This document shows positions 39,322 through 52,706 of a DNA stretch of 64,000 nt, in pieces. The stretch's first letter is position 1; every line of letters begins with the position of its first letter. The stretch comes from Lama glama (lineage: Eukaryota), in contig CM052817.1 in assembly GCA_028534125.1 (NCBI GenBank), positions 79,114,001 through 79,178,000 on the forward strand, given 5' to 3'. The translations under genes were made by a program, and so were the position numbers. The notes beneath the pieces were generated by a model. That model had not been told where the DNA came from. It searched no databases and saw only the letters and a list, made by a program, of their open reading frames with translations.

Positions 39322-42300
39322 AATGTTATTATGTACATGGAAAAATATGAGGCAAATATAGTAATCCATTAAGGAGTATAGGATTATGGAATATCTTAAT
39401 GGAATGTTTAAGTATTTGTACTGAGTATACATTACTTTTATACTCAGAAAAAGAAATAAAGATATAGTTTAAATATCTTACAAAAGTCACACAGAAGGGC
39501 CTCTATCACAGGAGCTTCAGACACCCAGGATTTCCAGGCAAATGGGTCAGGTAAGTCCTGCCTGCGAGCTTCACAGCCAGGCTAGGCTGGGCCTCATCCC
39601 ACATGTCAGAGATCAGGATATTAAGAACAAATATAATTTCACAGTGTGGCTTTCCTAAATTTTAATAAATTTAGTTTTCAGTTATAAAAGCAGTAAAGCA
39701 ACTTTTTTAAAGTTTAGAAAATAGATTGGGAATCTCATATTCCACTATTACAACTATTTCTCACTTTTACATATTCCCTTGCAGCATTTTTATGTGTATG
39801 TTTTACATTGTTAGCATGATGGTAAATACAAAATTTTATGGTCAGACTTTTTCTTTGCATGATATTACAACATTGTTCTTGTTTCTACATAGACTTCCCA
39901 TGTCTCATTTTTATCTTTTTTTTTTTCATAAAAAGGTCAATTTACTTACCTTTTGTTTGGCCATGTCTCATTTTTAAATGACTAAATATTATTGCATTTA
40001 GTAAACATTATGATTTATTTGTGCTACCAAGGCATTTTAGAGACTGAGCATAAAGACTTGCTTCCTACAGCGTTTTATTTGGCCAGCAGAGTCATTTTAG
40101 ATTTGTGAACAAGCACATCTAAAAACAGAGCAGGTACCATGTAGTCAGCCATAGGTCCTCACCTCTCACCTCATGTTCATGGGTGTGCTTGTGTGTGTAT
40201 GCACACAGACACACACACACATCCCTACAAACACACAATCCCAGAAATACACACAACTATAGTACAATACACAAACACACACACTTACACATATATATAC
40301 AAATACATATATACACACATAACCATGCACACACATACACACAGAAGCACACACAGCTTTATGCTTCCTACCTGACCTTTGAAGGCATCTGAGTTTGTGT
40401 CCCCTTTGTTAGAATTTCAACCAAACAGAGGGGACATCAAACAAACCATTAAAAGAAACTGAGAAGCAGCTGAGGTAAAACTGTGACCCACACAAAAGTA
40501 CTAAGTTTAGGAGATAATGTATCCATAGCAGTAGAGATGGAATTATTAAATTAACCCAAACATATATGTATTTGGGATATGTAAAATTCCTATTTTTATT
40601 TGTTCTCCTTCAAAGATTATGCCCTTTTTGATATTGCCTCAGACGAAAAAATGGCAGGATAATGATACGGTCATGACATCGATAACTTACATTTGTGAGG
40701 GCAATTTTAACTTTTTAAGTACTTTCACATCTGTGGTACAAGGCTCTAGGACGGAAATAAGAGTAATTAAAGTAATTTATATGCCAACAAAAACTGAAAT
40801 GGCCACATAATCAAATAACATATTTCAAAGCTCATATTTAGTATCAGAAGAAAAACATTTAAAAAAGAAAATCTCATTATATTGTCCACTTTACATTCCC
40901 AAAAGCTTCTCCAATTATTCTCTAATTCCAAAGAATTTCACCAATTGCATAATCTTTGTTCTCCTGAGATGTTGGTGGGGAACAAATACACGACCCAGAA
41001 ACCTCAGGATGTAGTGAATCCCTCAAGATGCCCTGAATCCTAATCATGTTTACTACGCAGTGTTTGGAGCTCAATAAATATTATGACTAAGAAAGCCATT
41101 TTAGACTATGATAACGTGATTTCTTATCAAATCTTATTATGGTTTTATGGCCACTTATGAGTGGTCCATTCAAAAGCCCTATATGTACTCCAGGCCCTAC
41201 ATAAAAATTAGCACTGTGACCATCTAACATCAGCATAAATTCATATCCAATTAGCATCTCTGTTGATTGGAAATTCATCTTTTCCAAATCTTGATTAGAA
41301 GCATTCAGAAACACCAGTGCATTGACAGTATGTAGGAGGAGTAAATATATGGAGTAATTTAGGCGTTTGTTACCTGAGAAATGTTGAGGTGAACAGACTT
41401 TGTCCGCATTAAGTTACACATACACAGATGGACATGAGAAGCAGTCTTCTCATACTCATCCTAAATGCACTCCATAGACACCTGCCATTCTCAGTACCGA
41501 CTTCTATCATATTGCTGGGCTAATGTTCCAAGGGCACTGCTGGAGCTGAAGCCTTCATGACCACACTTCAAGCGACAGGGAAGAGCAAGGCAGCAAGAGC
41601 AAGAGGGCGTGCCCTAGCACTTCCTCCTTTTAAAGAGAGCACATTGTCCAGCAATGCTAGCTTTTAACTCATTGGCAAGGAAGCCTCACATGCGCAACTC
41701 TAAATAAAATCAGGTTTCTTCCACAGAGGCCCAAGAAATACAAATATTGTAAGAACTTGCCTGTTGATCCTAATATATCCTAACTCCTCAAGAATCAAAG
41801 TTAAAGAAATTGCTTCTTGAAGTATTTTCTTAGTCATCCCAAAGACGTTAGTTAAAAGGAACATTTGTCACTTGTCTCATGGCATCTATTCTGCCTTTTC
41901 TCAGCAACAGCCTTGATTTTCATGTGGGCATCCAGTCCTATCCCATTCTTAGACCGTGTGGTCCAGTGCAGGCCCATCCCTTGTAGTAGGGATGGAACAT
42001 GTTACCCAGGCTTAAGCCAGATCAGCCCCCTGATGGCTTGTGGGGTGAGCACATGATCTACGCTAGTCCAATCAGAGTGAACCACAAGACTTTTGCTAGA
42101 ATATAAACCCAATAAAAGTCTTACCTCTTTTCTTTCCACTGCTTCCACAGCATCTAAAACAGTGTCTGGAACAAAATAGATACTTAATAAATATGATCAT
42201 ATATTAAATATCTAAAAATGGAGCTAAAAGTTGAAGGAAAAATTGGATTTTAATGACATAGTTTGAATCTCTGTACCTTGGCTAGATCTACGCCTAGGTC

Positions 42301-42559
42301 ATTCAGTGACTAAGTCAATAAATTTTCTTTGTTTGCGTAAAACAGTTTGAGTTTGGATTTCTCTCGCTTGCAACGAAAAGGTAATAGGGAAACAGTCTAA
42401 GACAGTAAAGGCTTGATAATTCATTAGGTTTAGAATATGTCAATCATTTCTATTTGGCAAAAGCAATAAAAACAGGACAATTTAATGAGCAGAACTTTGG
42501 AGCCTGATGAGATGAGGATTCATCTTCCAATGATTATTTTGTGTTTAAAAATCCGTGAG

Positions 42560-43240
42560 TCTTTTCAACAAATGGTGCTGGAATAACTAGACACCCACAT
42601 ATAAAAAACGAATCTAGACACAGGCCTTACTCCTTTCACAAAGGTCAACCCAAAATTGATCCTAGGCCTAAATGTAAAGTGCAAAATTATAAAACTCCTA
42701 GAAGATAACATACGAAAAAATCTAGATGCAACACCAAAATCATGACTCATTAAAGCAAAAATTGAAGCTGAACTTCACTAAAAATTTAAAATTTCTGCTC
42801 TGCAAAAGACACTGCTAAGAGTAAAAAACCAAGCCACAAACTGGGAGAAAATATTTGCAAAGACATATTTGTAAACAAAGGACTGATATCTGAAATATAT
42901 AAAGAGCTCTTAAAACGCAACAAGAAGAAAACAAATAACTCAATTTAAAAATGGGGAAAAGATCTGAGCAGACACCTCCCCAAATCAACTTACCTGTAAA
43001 TCTTCTTTGGCAGTTTCTTAAAAAACTAAACATATATTCTTTCCACATGATCCAGTGATTGTGCTCCTCAATATTTACCCAAATGGGCTGAAAACTATGT
43101 CCACACAAAAACCTGCATATGAATGTTTATAGCCGCTTTATTCATTATTATCAAAAATCGGTAGCAATCAAGATGTTCTTCAATAGGTAAATGGATAAAC
43201 AAATTGTGGTACGTCCAGACAATAGAATATTATTCAGAAC
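42560..43240 (+). mobile_element. Old L1 ORF2 fragments
   Basis: tcttttcaacaaatggtgctggaataactagac.. and atggataaacaaattgtggtac are typical L1M sequence. Confidence 0.8.
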
Positions 43241-45099
43241 AAACAAAGAAAAATAAAATGTTTAAATAATCAATAAGAATAAATTTTGTAGAAATATTCC
43301 TTCTACTTTTATATAAAAGATATCTATCTTTCAAATTTCTATAAAAAAATTTCTATAACACAATGCACATACCTAGAAATTCTACGTCTAAGATTTTATC
43401 CTATAGATATGTGGACACATTGATCAAAAATTTACATCAAAGGCTTATATAGTGTTGTTAGAAATAGCAAAACCCACAGAACCTCTAAATAGCTATTACC
43501 AAAGAACTGGGTAAGTAAACAGTGCTTCCTTTACATATGGAATACTACAGGGCAGTTAAAAAGAAGCAGCCCTCTTTGTAGGATGTAAATAAACTCCATA
43601 AGGAAAGGAATTGTTGTCTTTTTTTGTTCACTAATAGATCCCAAATAACTAGCATCATGCCTAGCACATAATGATTTCTCAATAAGTATTTGTTGAATAA
43701 ATGAGTAGGGAATAATTGTTATACTTTTTAAAAATAAGGTACAAAACAATGTGCATACAGTATGGCTTCATTTATGTAAATTAAAAAGATACAAATATAT
43801 ATGCATGAATATATATTTTGTAAGTCTACAAGGATAGGTAAGAATCTGGTAACCAGGAAGGAGAAATGGAGACTGGTAGCTAGGGAAGGGAAGAAGATTT
43901 AACCTCATTATATTCCTATTTAGAAATAAAATTCTCCAAGGGAACAAAAGTAAGTATCAACAAAAAAGTCAATAAGGAACTAAAAATGCTCCAATAGAAA
44001 AATAGGCAAGATATGAACAGGCAACTCACAGAAGAAAAAAATGATCAATACTCAAACTAATAATAGAATGAAAGCCAATAAAAGCAACAAATGATCACTT
44101 TTCTACCTATCAAACCTGTAGATTAAAAATCCTCAGAATGTGGATTTGGCAAGGGTGGAGGGAAGTGGGCACATTCTTTCACTGTTGATGGCAGTATAAA
44201 TTGCCATATCCCTTCCAGAGGATACATCAGCCCTTGGCAATCTGTAATAAAATCTACAAAAAAGTTAGGTATCTCCTTTACCTTTAACCCGAGCTATCCA
44301 ACTGCCAAGAATCAAAGAAATGTGAAAAGTTGTTTGCACAAAGAGATCAAAGCAATGTAGATTATATATATATATGGAAAAATGTTGTTTTTAGGTAAAT
44401 AATGAACCCAGCTCCACTTCGGGTAGAGGTGGGCGGGTATTCCTCACACTGCCATGCAAACATCAGTATGACAAAGTTAAACACAGACAACTGACCAGGA
44501 GAAAACGATTCAACTTCCAACAGACAAATGATTAGTACATATATTGTATGTATACATGCATATACATATAATGAGTTTATATACAGTCATTATTAAATAT
44601 ATGTATATATGTTCATTATGCATGTAGTCATTATATATCTCTGTCACATATAAATTACTTGCAAAGAGATAAACAACCCATTAGAAAAACAGGTAGAAAA
44701 TTTGAACATGTACTTGGAGATAAGGAAATTAAAATGGTCAATAAACATGAAACAAGAGGAAAACTTCCCTCAATTTTTCAAATCAGATGAATAAGTTTTC
44801 AACGTTTTTTTGTTCCTTATAATATCAAATTTTTAAAATACCTATAATGTCAAATAATGTAGGAAAGTGGATGCAAATATACTGGCACAATCATTTAGGA
44901 TGGACACTGTCAGAATCTACCAACTCTTGAAATTTCTAAACCAATTGACCCAGCAATACTTGTATAAATACAATCTGAAGAAAAATGGCAACAAATGCAA
45001 CGTCCATCAATAGCGTATACTCATTAAATTGCTGTGTATCCCATACAACAATTTAAAATAAAGATGATTCTATTTTTATTACAACTTTTAAAGACATAT

Positions 45100-45595
45100 T
45101 CTTCAGTTACTATTGCTATAACAAACTCTCCAAAAACTTAGTGACTTAACCCCGAGGATTCAGCCAGGGCACAGTGAGATTGGCTGGTTTCTGCTGCATG
45201 AAGTCTGGAACCTTAGCTCGGAGGACTCAACAGCTGGAGCTTATTTGCCAGCTGGGGCACTCAACTAAAGCACCTCCATGGGGCCTCTGCCTTTGCCTGG
45301 GCTTCTTCAGAAAATGATGCTGACCTCAGGATACTCCCAATCTTACATGGTGCCTCAGGGCTCTGAAAGTAGGTAGTCCATCAAATGGTGGGAAAATTGC
45401 ACTGTCTCTCCTGACCTAGCTTCATAAGTCAGTGTCACTTCTGCCAAAAGTGACACTTTCTATAGTCACAAGCCTGCCCCAATTCAAGGGAAGGGGACAT
45501 AGACCCTATCTCTCAATGTCAAAGTCACATTGTAGAGTATGTGAGATGGAAGGCAATGTTGTAGCCATCTTTTGGAAAATACAACCTGTCACAAC
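45100..45595 (-). mobile_element. MLT1-type LTR
   Basis: cagttactattgct..aaaacttagtgactta..gtcacttctgcc..gccatctttt..acaacctgtcaca. Confidence 0.75.
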
Positions 45596-45954
45596 ATATT
45601 AGAGATGAAAGCAAATTGCAGCATATTTATCATCTAATGCTGACTATATATGTTTTTAAAGCTTTTATGCACGTTCATGTAAATGTGATTAAAAGTGACT
45701 GGCTAACTATACGTAGAAAATACACAGAAAGTCATTTCAAAATATATACAGCAAATTGTTAGCAACAGTTTCAAGGAGAGGAGTGAGATTATAGTGGTGG
45801 GAGGTGGATGGCACCATCATTCACTTTTCCTCTAATGGGTTGAGACTTTGCAATGAGTTCCCAGTCAAGATGTGTCAAGGATAAGAAGTCGCATGCTCAG
45901 AAAACTGCATGCAAATAAAACGGGGCATGAGACATGATTTGGTGCCAATCAAAC

Positions 45955-46568
45955 TGAGACAGGAGGGAAGGCGGCAGGGCACAGCCATTAAAAGAAGGAC
46001 ATAGCAGTTAGCACCAAGACGGTGGGAAATTCAACTCCCAGAAAACCTTGAACTTCAATATAATTTCACTGAAATACAATAGCATGCTAAATGGCACTCC
46101 CACAGGTGCCAGTATGGTTTCAAGGCTGACCACTAAAGTCAAAGGGTGGATGATGGCCCAATTCCTGGAAATCCCATCCCCTTTGCCAAAGTAGTTGGAA
46201 TAATCCTTCCACTTGTTAGCATATGAAGTTACCGAGCCCATAAAAACGACCAACACAGAACCTCATGACAGCTCTCCCTTCTAAGTGAAATGACCCGCAC
46301 TCTGTCTATGGAGTGTGTATCTACTTTTACTTTAAACTGAGCACCCAACCCCCACACCTCACGGCCTTCCTCTTGCCTTCTGAGAGGGCCTGCACTCTGT
46401 CTATGGAGTATGTATCTCTCTGAATAAATCTACTTTTACTCAACTGTGGCTCACTCTTGAATTCTTTCCTAAGTGAAGCCAAAGACCCACACTTGGTGAG
46501 GCATGTCCCAGAGACTCAGCCGTGACCTGGGACATGGCCATCTTCTCACCCCACATTTTCCTGTATCA
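45955..46568 (+). mobile_element. Solo LTR, MER41-like ERV1 family (copy 2)
   Basis: TGAGACAGG...CTGTATCA with perfect TSD AAAC (45951-45954, 46569-46572); homologous to copy 1. Confidence 0.88.
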
Positions 46569-47139
46569 AAACCACCTCAGCTAAAATTTCTAAAAAGCAT
46601 GATCAGGTATCCAGCCACTCAAGTGTCAGGCACCACTGAGGTGAGGGGTAAACATCCAAACGGCTGTCCTGATACGTGAGCCAGGCAGTCCCACCTGGCT
46701 CAACTTATGTCGGTGAAGAAGCTGGGACCCTAACAACTCACGAGCCTCTCTGTTTTCTGTTTATTGTTTATCACTTTAGCTTTCTAGTAAAAAAAAAAAA
46801 TCCCTTTAAAAAGTGCAGTTTGCTCCCAACTGTAATAATAGAAAAAAGGATGTTTTGTACTTATGAGGATACTTTTGACCAAGTTCTACTCCAGATCCAG
46901 ATTCAGATTATGGGTGGTGCTACGAGCAAGGATAAAGGAAGCACGGTATCAGGGTGGGGATTTCTTATTGAATTTAACCATTTTCAACTGAAATTACTGA
47001 AGTGTCCTTTTGTGTGTGGAGTCTTTAGTAGGAGTTTATTATAAATGTTCAAGTTTATAACATTTTGTGGTGAATACCAAGACATCGTGAAAATACAGTC
47101 ATCAAGAGAGTGAGGTAATAGCTTAAGGATGATACTATG

Positions 47140-47640
47140 AAATTGAATAGAGAGCCCAGAAATTGTCCCACACTTATGTAGTCATTTGATTTTCAACAGA
47201 GATGCCAAAGCAATCCAATGGGGAAAGAAAAGTCTTTTCAGCAAATAGGGGGAAAACTGTTCATCTATATGGTGAGGGGAGGACCCAATCCTTAGCTCAT
47301 AGCAAACACAAAAATTAATTTGAGATAGAGAACAGACACAGTAAAATTAAAACTATAAAGCTTCTAGTCTAGAAGAAAGCACAGGAGAATATTTTTGTGA
47401 CCTGAAAGATAGGCAGAAGCCTCTTAAAGAGGACACAGAAAGCAATAATAATAATAATAAAAAGACAATAAATTTATCTTCAAAATTAAAAATCTCTCTT
47501 TTAAAGACATTATTGGGAAAATGAATAGGCTATCCACAAATTAGAAGAAAATTGTTGTGAAACATTTCTGATAAAAGAATAGTGTCTAGGATAGTTTCAA
47601 GAATTCCTAGAACTCAATAACAAAAGACAAAGAGCCCAAA
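47140..47640 (+). mobile_element. Old L1 ORF2 fragment
   Basis: gaatagagagcccagaaat...aaagtcttttcagcaaat is L1-like. Confidence 0.7.
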
Positions 47641-47886
47641 ACAGGACACTGAAACAAGATTCAAGTGATACTTAGTGTAGAAAAGCAACCAGACACTTGA
47701 GAAAAGAATTTACCCAATACCATTATCACCATCATATTGTACCAAAACTCTGTATACAATGAAAGAAGCACTCGATATTTTTAAAAGATAACATTAATTG
47801 GCATATAGATATGCCTATTACAAAGGAAATCCGATACAAAAAATTTTTTTTTCCATTCACTAACCTCATCCTAATTAACTCTTTGA

Positions 47887-48011
47887 AGAGGAGGATATAG
47901 CTCAAGAGGTAGAGATGCATGCTTAGCATGCACAAAGTCTTGGGTTCAATCCCCATGACCTCCTCTAAAAATAAATAAATAAACTTAATGACCGCCCCTC
48001 CAAAAAAAAAA
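47887..48011 (+). mobile_element. tRNA-Ala-derived SINE (camelid vic-1-like)
   Basis: A box tatagctcaagaggtag, B box gggttcaatccc, A-rich tail, degenerate TSD taatta(a/t)ctctt. Confidence 0.85.
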
Positions 48012-48549
48012 GCAAATTTAATTATCTCTTCAAAAAGTATGGGTAATAATAATTCACACATTCAAAAAGCTGAGATACATACATTTAGCATTTTTTTTTA
48101 TTTCATAGCCTTTTAAAAAATATAAACCACTGAATATTTTGAAAAACAGATACAGAACAATCATTTAGCAGCCACAGTATTACAAAAATAAAGTAACACA
48201 GAATGAATTGCACAACAGAATAAAATAATCTCCACCAACTCACTCTGACTAGGAGCACAGAATGTTCACTAGGAATGTTAAGTGGACCGGCACCACCACC
48301 TTCCCATCAGTTATCACCAGCATCAGTCACAGGACCTGTTCCCAGGAGACCGTTCCATTTATACAGGAATATGTGCAATGTAGAAATGTCAAGTTAACAT
48401 CTTGAATTTAGTTCCAAAATATCATTTTTCTTTCTCCTCTGAGAGACAAGTTCAATGGCAAGATGGGACCGTGAAGACCATGGAATGCCAGCATATGACT
48501 TGCTCACACCCCTCCCAGCAAGTTCTAAAACACGAGAAAGGGAAAGGGT

Positions 48550-48773
48550 TGTGCTATAATCTACAACACAATAGCCACGAGCCACATGTGGCTATTTAAT
48601 TTATTTCAATTTTTTAAAATTATTTAAAATTAAATAAAATCAAATTTTACTTCCTCAGTCACACTAGCCACATTTCAAGTGTTCACTAGCCACGTGTGGC
48701 TACTGGGTACCACATTAGGCACTGCAGATATAGAACATTTCTGTCATCACAGGAAGTTCTTTTGGACAGCCCT
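48550..48773. mobile_element. MER3-like DNA transposon
   Basis: agccacatgtggctatt..cactagccacatttcaagtg..gatatagaacatttc..ttggacagc. Confidence 0.85.
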
Positions 48774-49329
48774 GGATGTGGGAAGTGTTTCTTCTGCTTT
48801 TGCTTAGCCAGGATGTAGGCTGCTTATGGAAGCAGCTCTGAGAAGCAATTGTCCCAGGATATTCCTAGATGGGTGGTGGAGTCACAGAGGGGAGTAAAGT
48901 AGCCTTTCCACACAGAGATTACCCTCTCCTGTGCATGAAAGGGATAAACATTTTATGGGGATCAAATACACAACTAGACTCCACCAAAAAATTTGGCAGG
49001 AAAATTGGAGAAAAGATACATGAAGCAGATGGGGAAGCAGCAAGATACAGCCTTCCTTATCTCATTTCAAACCTCCACGAAGAGATTATGTCTTCCAAGA
49101 AAGTGTGCAGCTTCCCAGGGTCCTGCTCTAGAAAATCTCGATGGGGGCAAGTATATGGCTCAGAAATAAGGTCAGTCCTGCCAAGAATTTCTTAAGAAAA
49201 CCCAGCATGTCTTCACTCCTGCTCATCCTCTCAGAGCAGAGCAGTGTTGCTTGGAGTGTTGCCGGTTGTCAAGAAACTACAGTTTTGATCTGTTCCAAAT
49301 GTTATGCTCCTTTCTTGTATTTTGTATCC

Positions 49330-49810
49330 AGAGCACAGACTGCCAGTCGTTCACCCATGATCCACCATTATCTTCTTCCTAATCCAGAGAACTCAGATTT
49401 TTGTTGAAGGCAATTATATGTCCAGCTGCAAAAACTACATTTTTCAGGCAACCTTAGAGATAACAGTAGCCAATGACACAGTCTGGCCAGTGAGATGTAG
49501 GCAAACATTGTTGGGCTGCCTGGAAAGCTCTTTAAGAGGAAGCTGACTCAAGCGGAGCGAGTATGCCCTGTTTCTCCTTTGGGCTTCCTCCGTCTTCTTG
49601 CGGGGAACTGCAGCAACTGTCTTGGAACCTAAGGGAAGAGCCATGGGAATCTCAGGGGCCACCTTGACCCTGACACCTGTGAGCTGCTGAACCAACACCA
49701 GTGACAGCCTACCCCCTACCTTCTTGTTACACGAGAGCAAAATGAAACCCCTACTTTGTTTAAGCCACTGTTCAGGAATTTCAAGAAAGCAATCCACCTG
49801 GATTCCCAAT
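49330..49810 (+). mobile_element. MLT1-type LTR fragment
   Basis: ctggccagtgagatgtagg..gagctgctgaacca..tttgtttaagccactg. Confidence 0.65.
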
Positions 49811-50642
49811 AAGAAAGATTTTCATCTGAAAATAAAAAAAAATCTTACCTGAAGAATCTGTACATAGTCAAAAAGTTCAAGTAACTTCAGAGAATCCCAT
49901 TAATAAAACAAAAGTATAAAAATTTTAACTTGAACCCACCAACACTTTTACAGACTGAAGGTGGAGGAAATGATTAGGCTTATTGTGTAAAATAGCTAGC
50001 TGCTATTAAGGTAAATAAGAGGGTTTTTAGCTTAATCCAGCAGGAAGTTCTTTTGAGTGTTTATTATGTTCTGATTACTCTTCTAAACACAGGTCTGCCC
50101 TTCTGATTACTCAAATTCTTATATGGTAAGATGCTAACTACTCAGATAATTAGTCAGATTATTTAATCTTTAACTTTATTTTGCATAGACAAAGTAAGAA
50201 AGGGAGAACTGAGAATTATTTCATTGATTCAACCCCTCCCACGCAAAAAATCAACATCAAAGATCTACAGGTCAATTTTTAACTTTCCCTTGTATGTGAC
50301 ACAGACATCTAACAGCAATTTCCTAATGTCCCCAGAGTTTTAATTGTGGGATGTAATTTAATACCTCAGAGTAGCTGTAAAAATTACAAAGTACAATATT
50401 GTGCAGGTACTCTCTATGTACTGCATTAGTACTGTTACTATGCTAAAAGACCCTAGGTTAGTAGGTATAAGTAACAAAAAATAAGCATTTCCCAATCTCC
50501 TAAATGGTTTAACCATTTATAATGTTTAAAACTTTGGGTATTAAAAAATTTTAACTCTACTGCATTTATTTTGAAACTATAGGCAAGATTGGAAACATGA
50601 AATGCCATGCTAAAAATGGGATATTGCATATTTTTTACTCAC

Positions 50643-50799
50643 CTAGTTCCAAGTTTCCACCCCTGCAAGTGAACCAAAAACAAACCCTGGCACCTTGTCA
50701 TTCCCAGAAAAGCCAGTGCATGGCACACTCTGGGTAAATTTTCTCTCTTATTCTGTGGAATCACACCAGATGGCATCAGTCCCGCATCTACAGCTGTGC
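50643..50799 (-). other. SMIM43: SMIM43 downstream exon homologous to the middle of the legacy TMEM155 ORF
   Basis: Acceptor ttttaAG, donor tag|GTgagt. Translates TAVDAGLMPSGVIPQNKRENLPRVCHALAFLGMTRCQGLFLVHLQGWKLGT, close to recalled human TMEM155. Confidence 0.75.
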
Positions 50800-50932
50800 C
50801 TTAAAATTGAAGTTTAGACATAGGAATCTACTTTATCAGACATTTTAGGTTTTACAGGTATGATGGTGATGTCATTCTGATTCAACTTAAAATGGTTCTC
50901 TTTCCAGGTAGATCTGTAGACTCAGCACTTAC

Positions 50933-51000
50933 AAGTTTGGAAATCAGTAAAACAATCAAGGTTATCCTAATAAGATTTGAAGTCACTTTAAACCGCTGAA
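50933..51000 (-). other. SMIM43: SMIM43 downstream exon carrying the start of the legacy TMEM155 ORF (GTG in place of ATG)
   Basis: Acceptor ttgttgtttctaaAG, donor ctt|GTaagt. Translates VTSNLIRITLIVLLISKL versus recalled human MASDLIRTILAVALISKL. Confidence 0.7.
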
Positions 51001-51334
51001 CTTTAGAAACAACAATGAAATAAGAACAGTTGAAACAGAATACTAATATTACATAATAATCAAATTATGATCCATTTCCTTATAATGTAAGAAATTCAAC
51101 TCAGCTTCTAACATTGCTGAAGAGTCACTAAAAACCTTTTATTGAAAATAAAATAATAATAGCAATGTTCTATAATCAAGTTACACATATAATGAGCAGT
51201 TCTTTTAAATATTCCTGATTTTTCAAGGGTTTTAATGTCTAGCTCATATGTACACTGTCTTCCAAAATAAACTTGGTATGGTGGTTGCCAGGCCCGTGGT
51301 GTGGTCAGTGGATGCAGCAGCCAACATGTACAAG

Positions 51335-51884
51335 CCTGAAACCCTGATCGTTTGCAGATACTAACCACTATATATAAAATAGATAAACAACAAGTTCGTA
51401 CTGTAGTGCACAGGGAACTATATTCACTATCTTGTAGTAACTTATGGTGAAAAAGAGTATGAAAACAAATATATATATATATATATATATATGTTCATGT
51501 ATGATTGAAGCATTATGCTGTACACCAGAAACTGACACAACATTGTAAACTGACTACACTTCAATAAATAAATATATATATATATATCAAAAAAAGAATG
51601 TGTACAAGTGGCATAGCAAACAATCTTATGGTTATTGGGGGAAAGGAAGTGGGAAAGGATAAATTTGGGAGTTTTAAATTTGCAAATGTTAGCCACTATA
51701 TATAAAAACAGATTTAAAAACCAAATTTCTTCTGTATAGCACAGGGAACCATATTTAGTATCTTATAAAAATTAATGAAAAAGAATATAAAAATGAATAT
51801 ATGTGTATGTATATACATGACTGGGACATTGTTCTCTGTATACAAAAAATGATACATTATAACTGATTATACTTCAGTTAAAAA
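51335..51884 (+). mobile_element. Two tandem L1 3' fragments in a predicted SMIM43 intron (51335-51596 and 51614-51884)
   Basis: Each has an L1 3' UTR and A-tail; three copies of the target sequence surround them. Confidence 0.88.
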
Positions 51885-52337
51885 AATGTGTACAAGTAGC
51901 AAAAAATGTAAGTAATGTGAGTTCAAAAGTAGTTCTAATATGGGAGATGGGTCTATGCTGGGTTTTGAAAAATGATGATTGAATAAATGAATAAAACAAG
52001 GCAGCTTATATGCAAGTATCCAAGTTTCAAAAGCAAGATCTCCAACAAAGAAATGCAAAGCAGGAGATCAAAAGCACCAAGTTCTGATAGCAAATGTGAG
52101 AACCCTTCATTCTCACAGTTTAGGGCCAAGTTCCAGGAGGAAATTGGGTAATAGGAATAAATATTCATTTTTGCCTGGATAAATGGGAACTTAATAATGA
52201 ATGAATTAGATTCTGGGGAGGTTATAAAATGGCACCGGTCACAAGATAGAAAGGCAACCACTCTGTTCGTAGGAAACTGAGTCAGTAGAACCAGCAAAGA
52301 GATTGGCTTAACAGTGGGATGGCAGCAAACTACTCAC

Positions 52338-52407
52338 CTTGCGTTCTCTATAGTTTCCTGTCTGGAAGAGTCAGAGTGGTTTAAACCTTTGTACACCAGT
52401 GGTACTG
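52338..52407 (-). other. SMIM43: Predicted non-coding SMIM43 exon
   Basis: Acceptor ttctttattcttcctAG|cag (NAGNAG) and consensus donor aag|GTgagt. Confidence 0.6.
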
Positions 52408-52429
52408 CTAGGAAGAATAAAGAATTACA

Positions 52430-52705
52430 AAGACATAGAAAACAAATTTATGGTTACCAGGGGCCATGGTGGGTGGGGATAAACTGGGATTTCGGGATAA
52501 GCAGATACAAAGTACTATATACAAAATAGATAAACAACAAGGTCCTACTGTATAGCACAGGGAAATATATTCAATATCTTGTAATACCTATTACAAAAAA
52601 GAATATGAAAAAGAATATGTATGTATGTATAACTTAATCACTATGATGTATACCAGAAATTAACACAATATTGTAAATTGACTAAACTTCACTAAAAAAA
52701 TAAAA
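52430..52705 (+). mobile_element. L1 3' fragment
   Basis: acatagaaaacaaatttatggttacc...aacaacaaggtcctactgtatagcacaggg. Confidence 0.88.
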
Positions 52706-52706
52706 G

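Larger units (their letters stand above)
48075..49825 (-). other. SMIM43: Candidate terminal exon / 3' UTR of SMIM43
   Basis: Strong acceptor ttttttattttcAG at 49826-49827 (alternative at 49858-49859). AATAAA on the - strand at 48097-48102, followed by T/GT-rich sequence. Boundaries uncertain. Confidence 0.35.

Noticed and set aside
33890..46568. The two MER41-like LTRs as ends of one 12.7-kb provirus
   Set aside because: Each has its own flanking duplication, and the sequence between is ordinary L1/unique DNA with no PBS, gag or pol.
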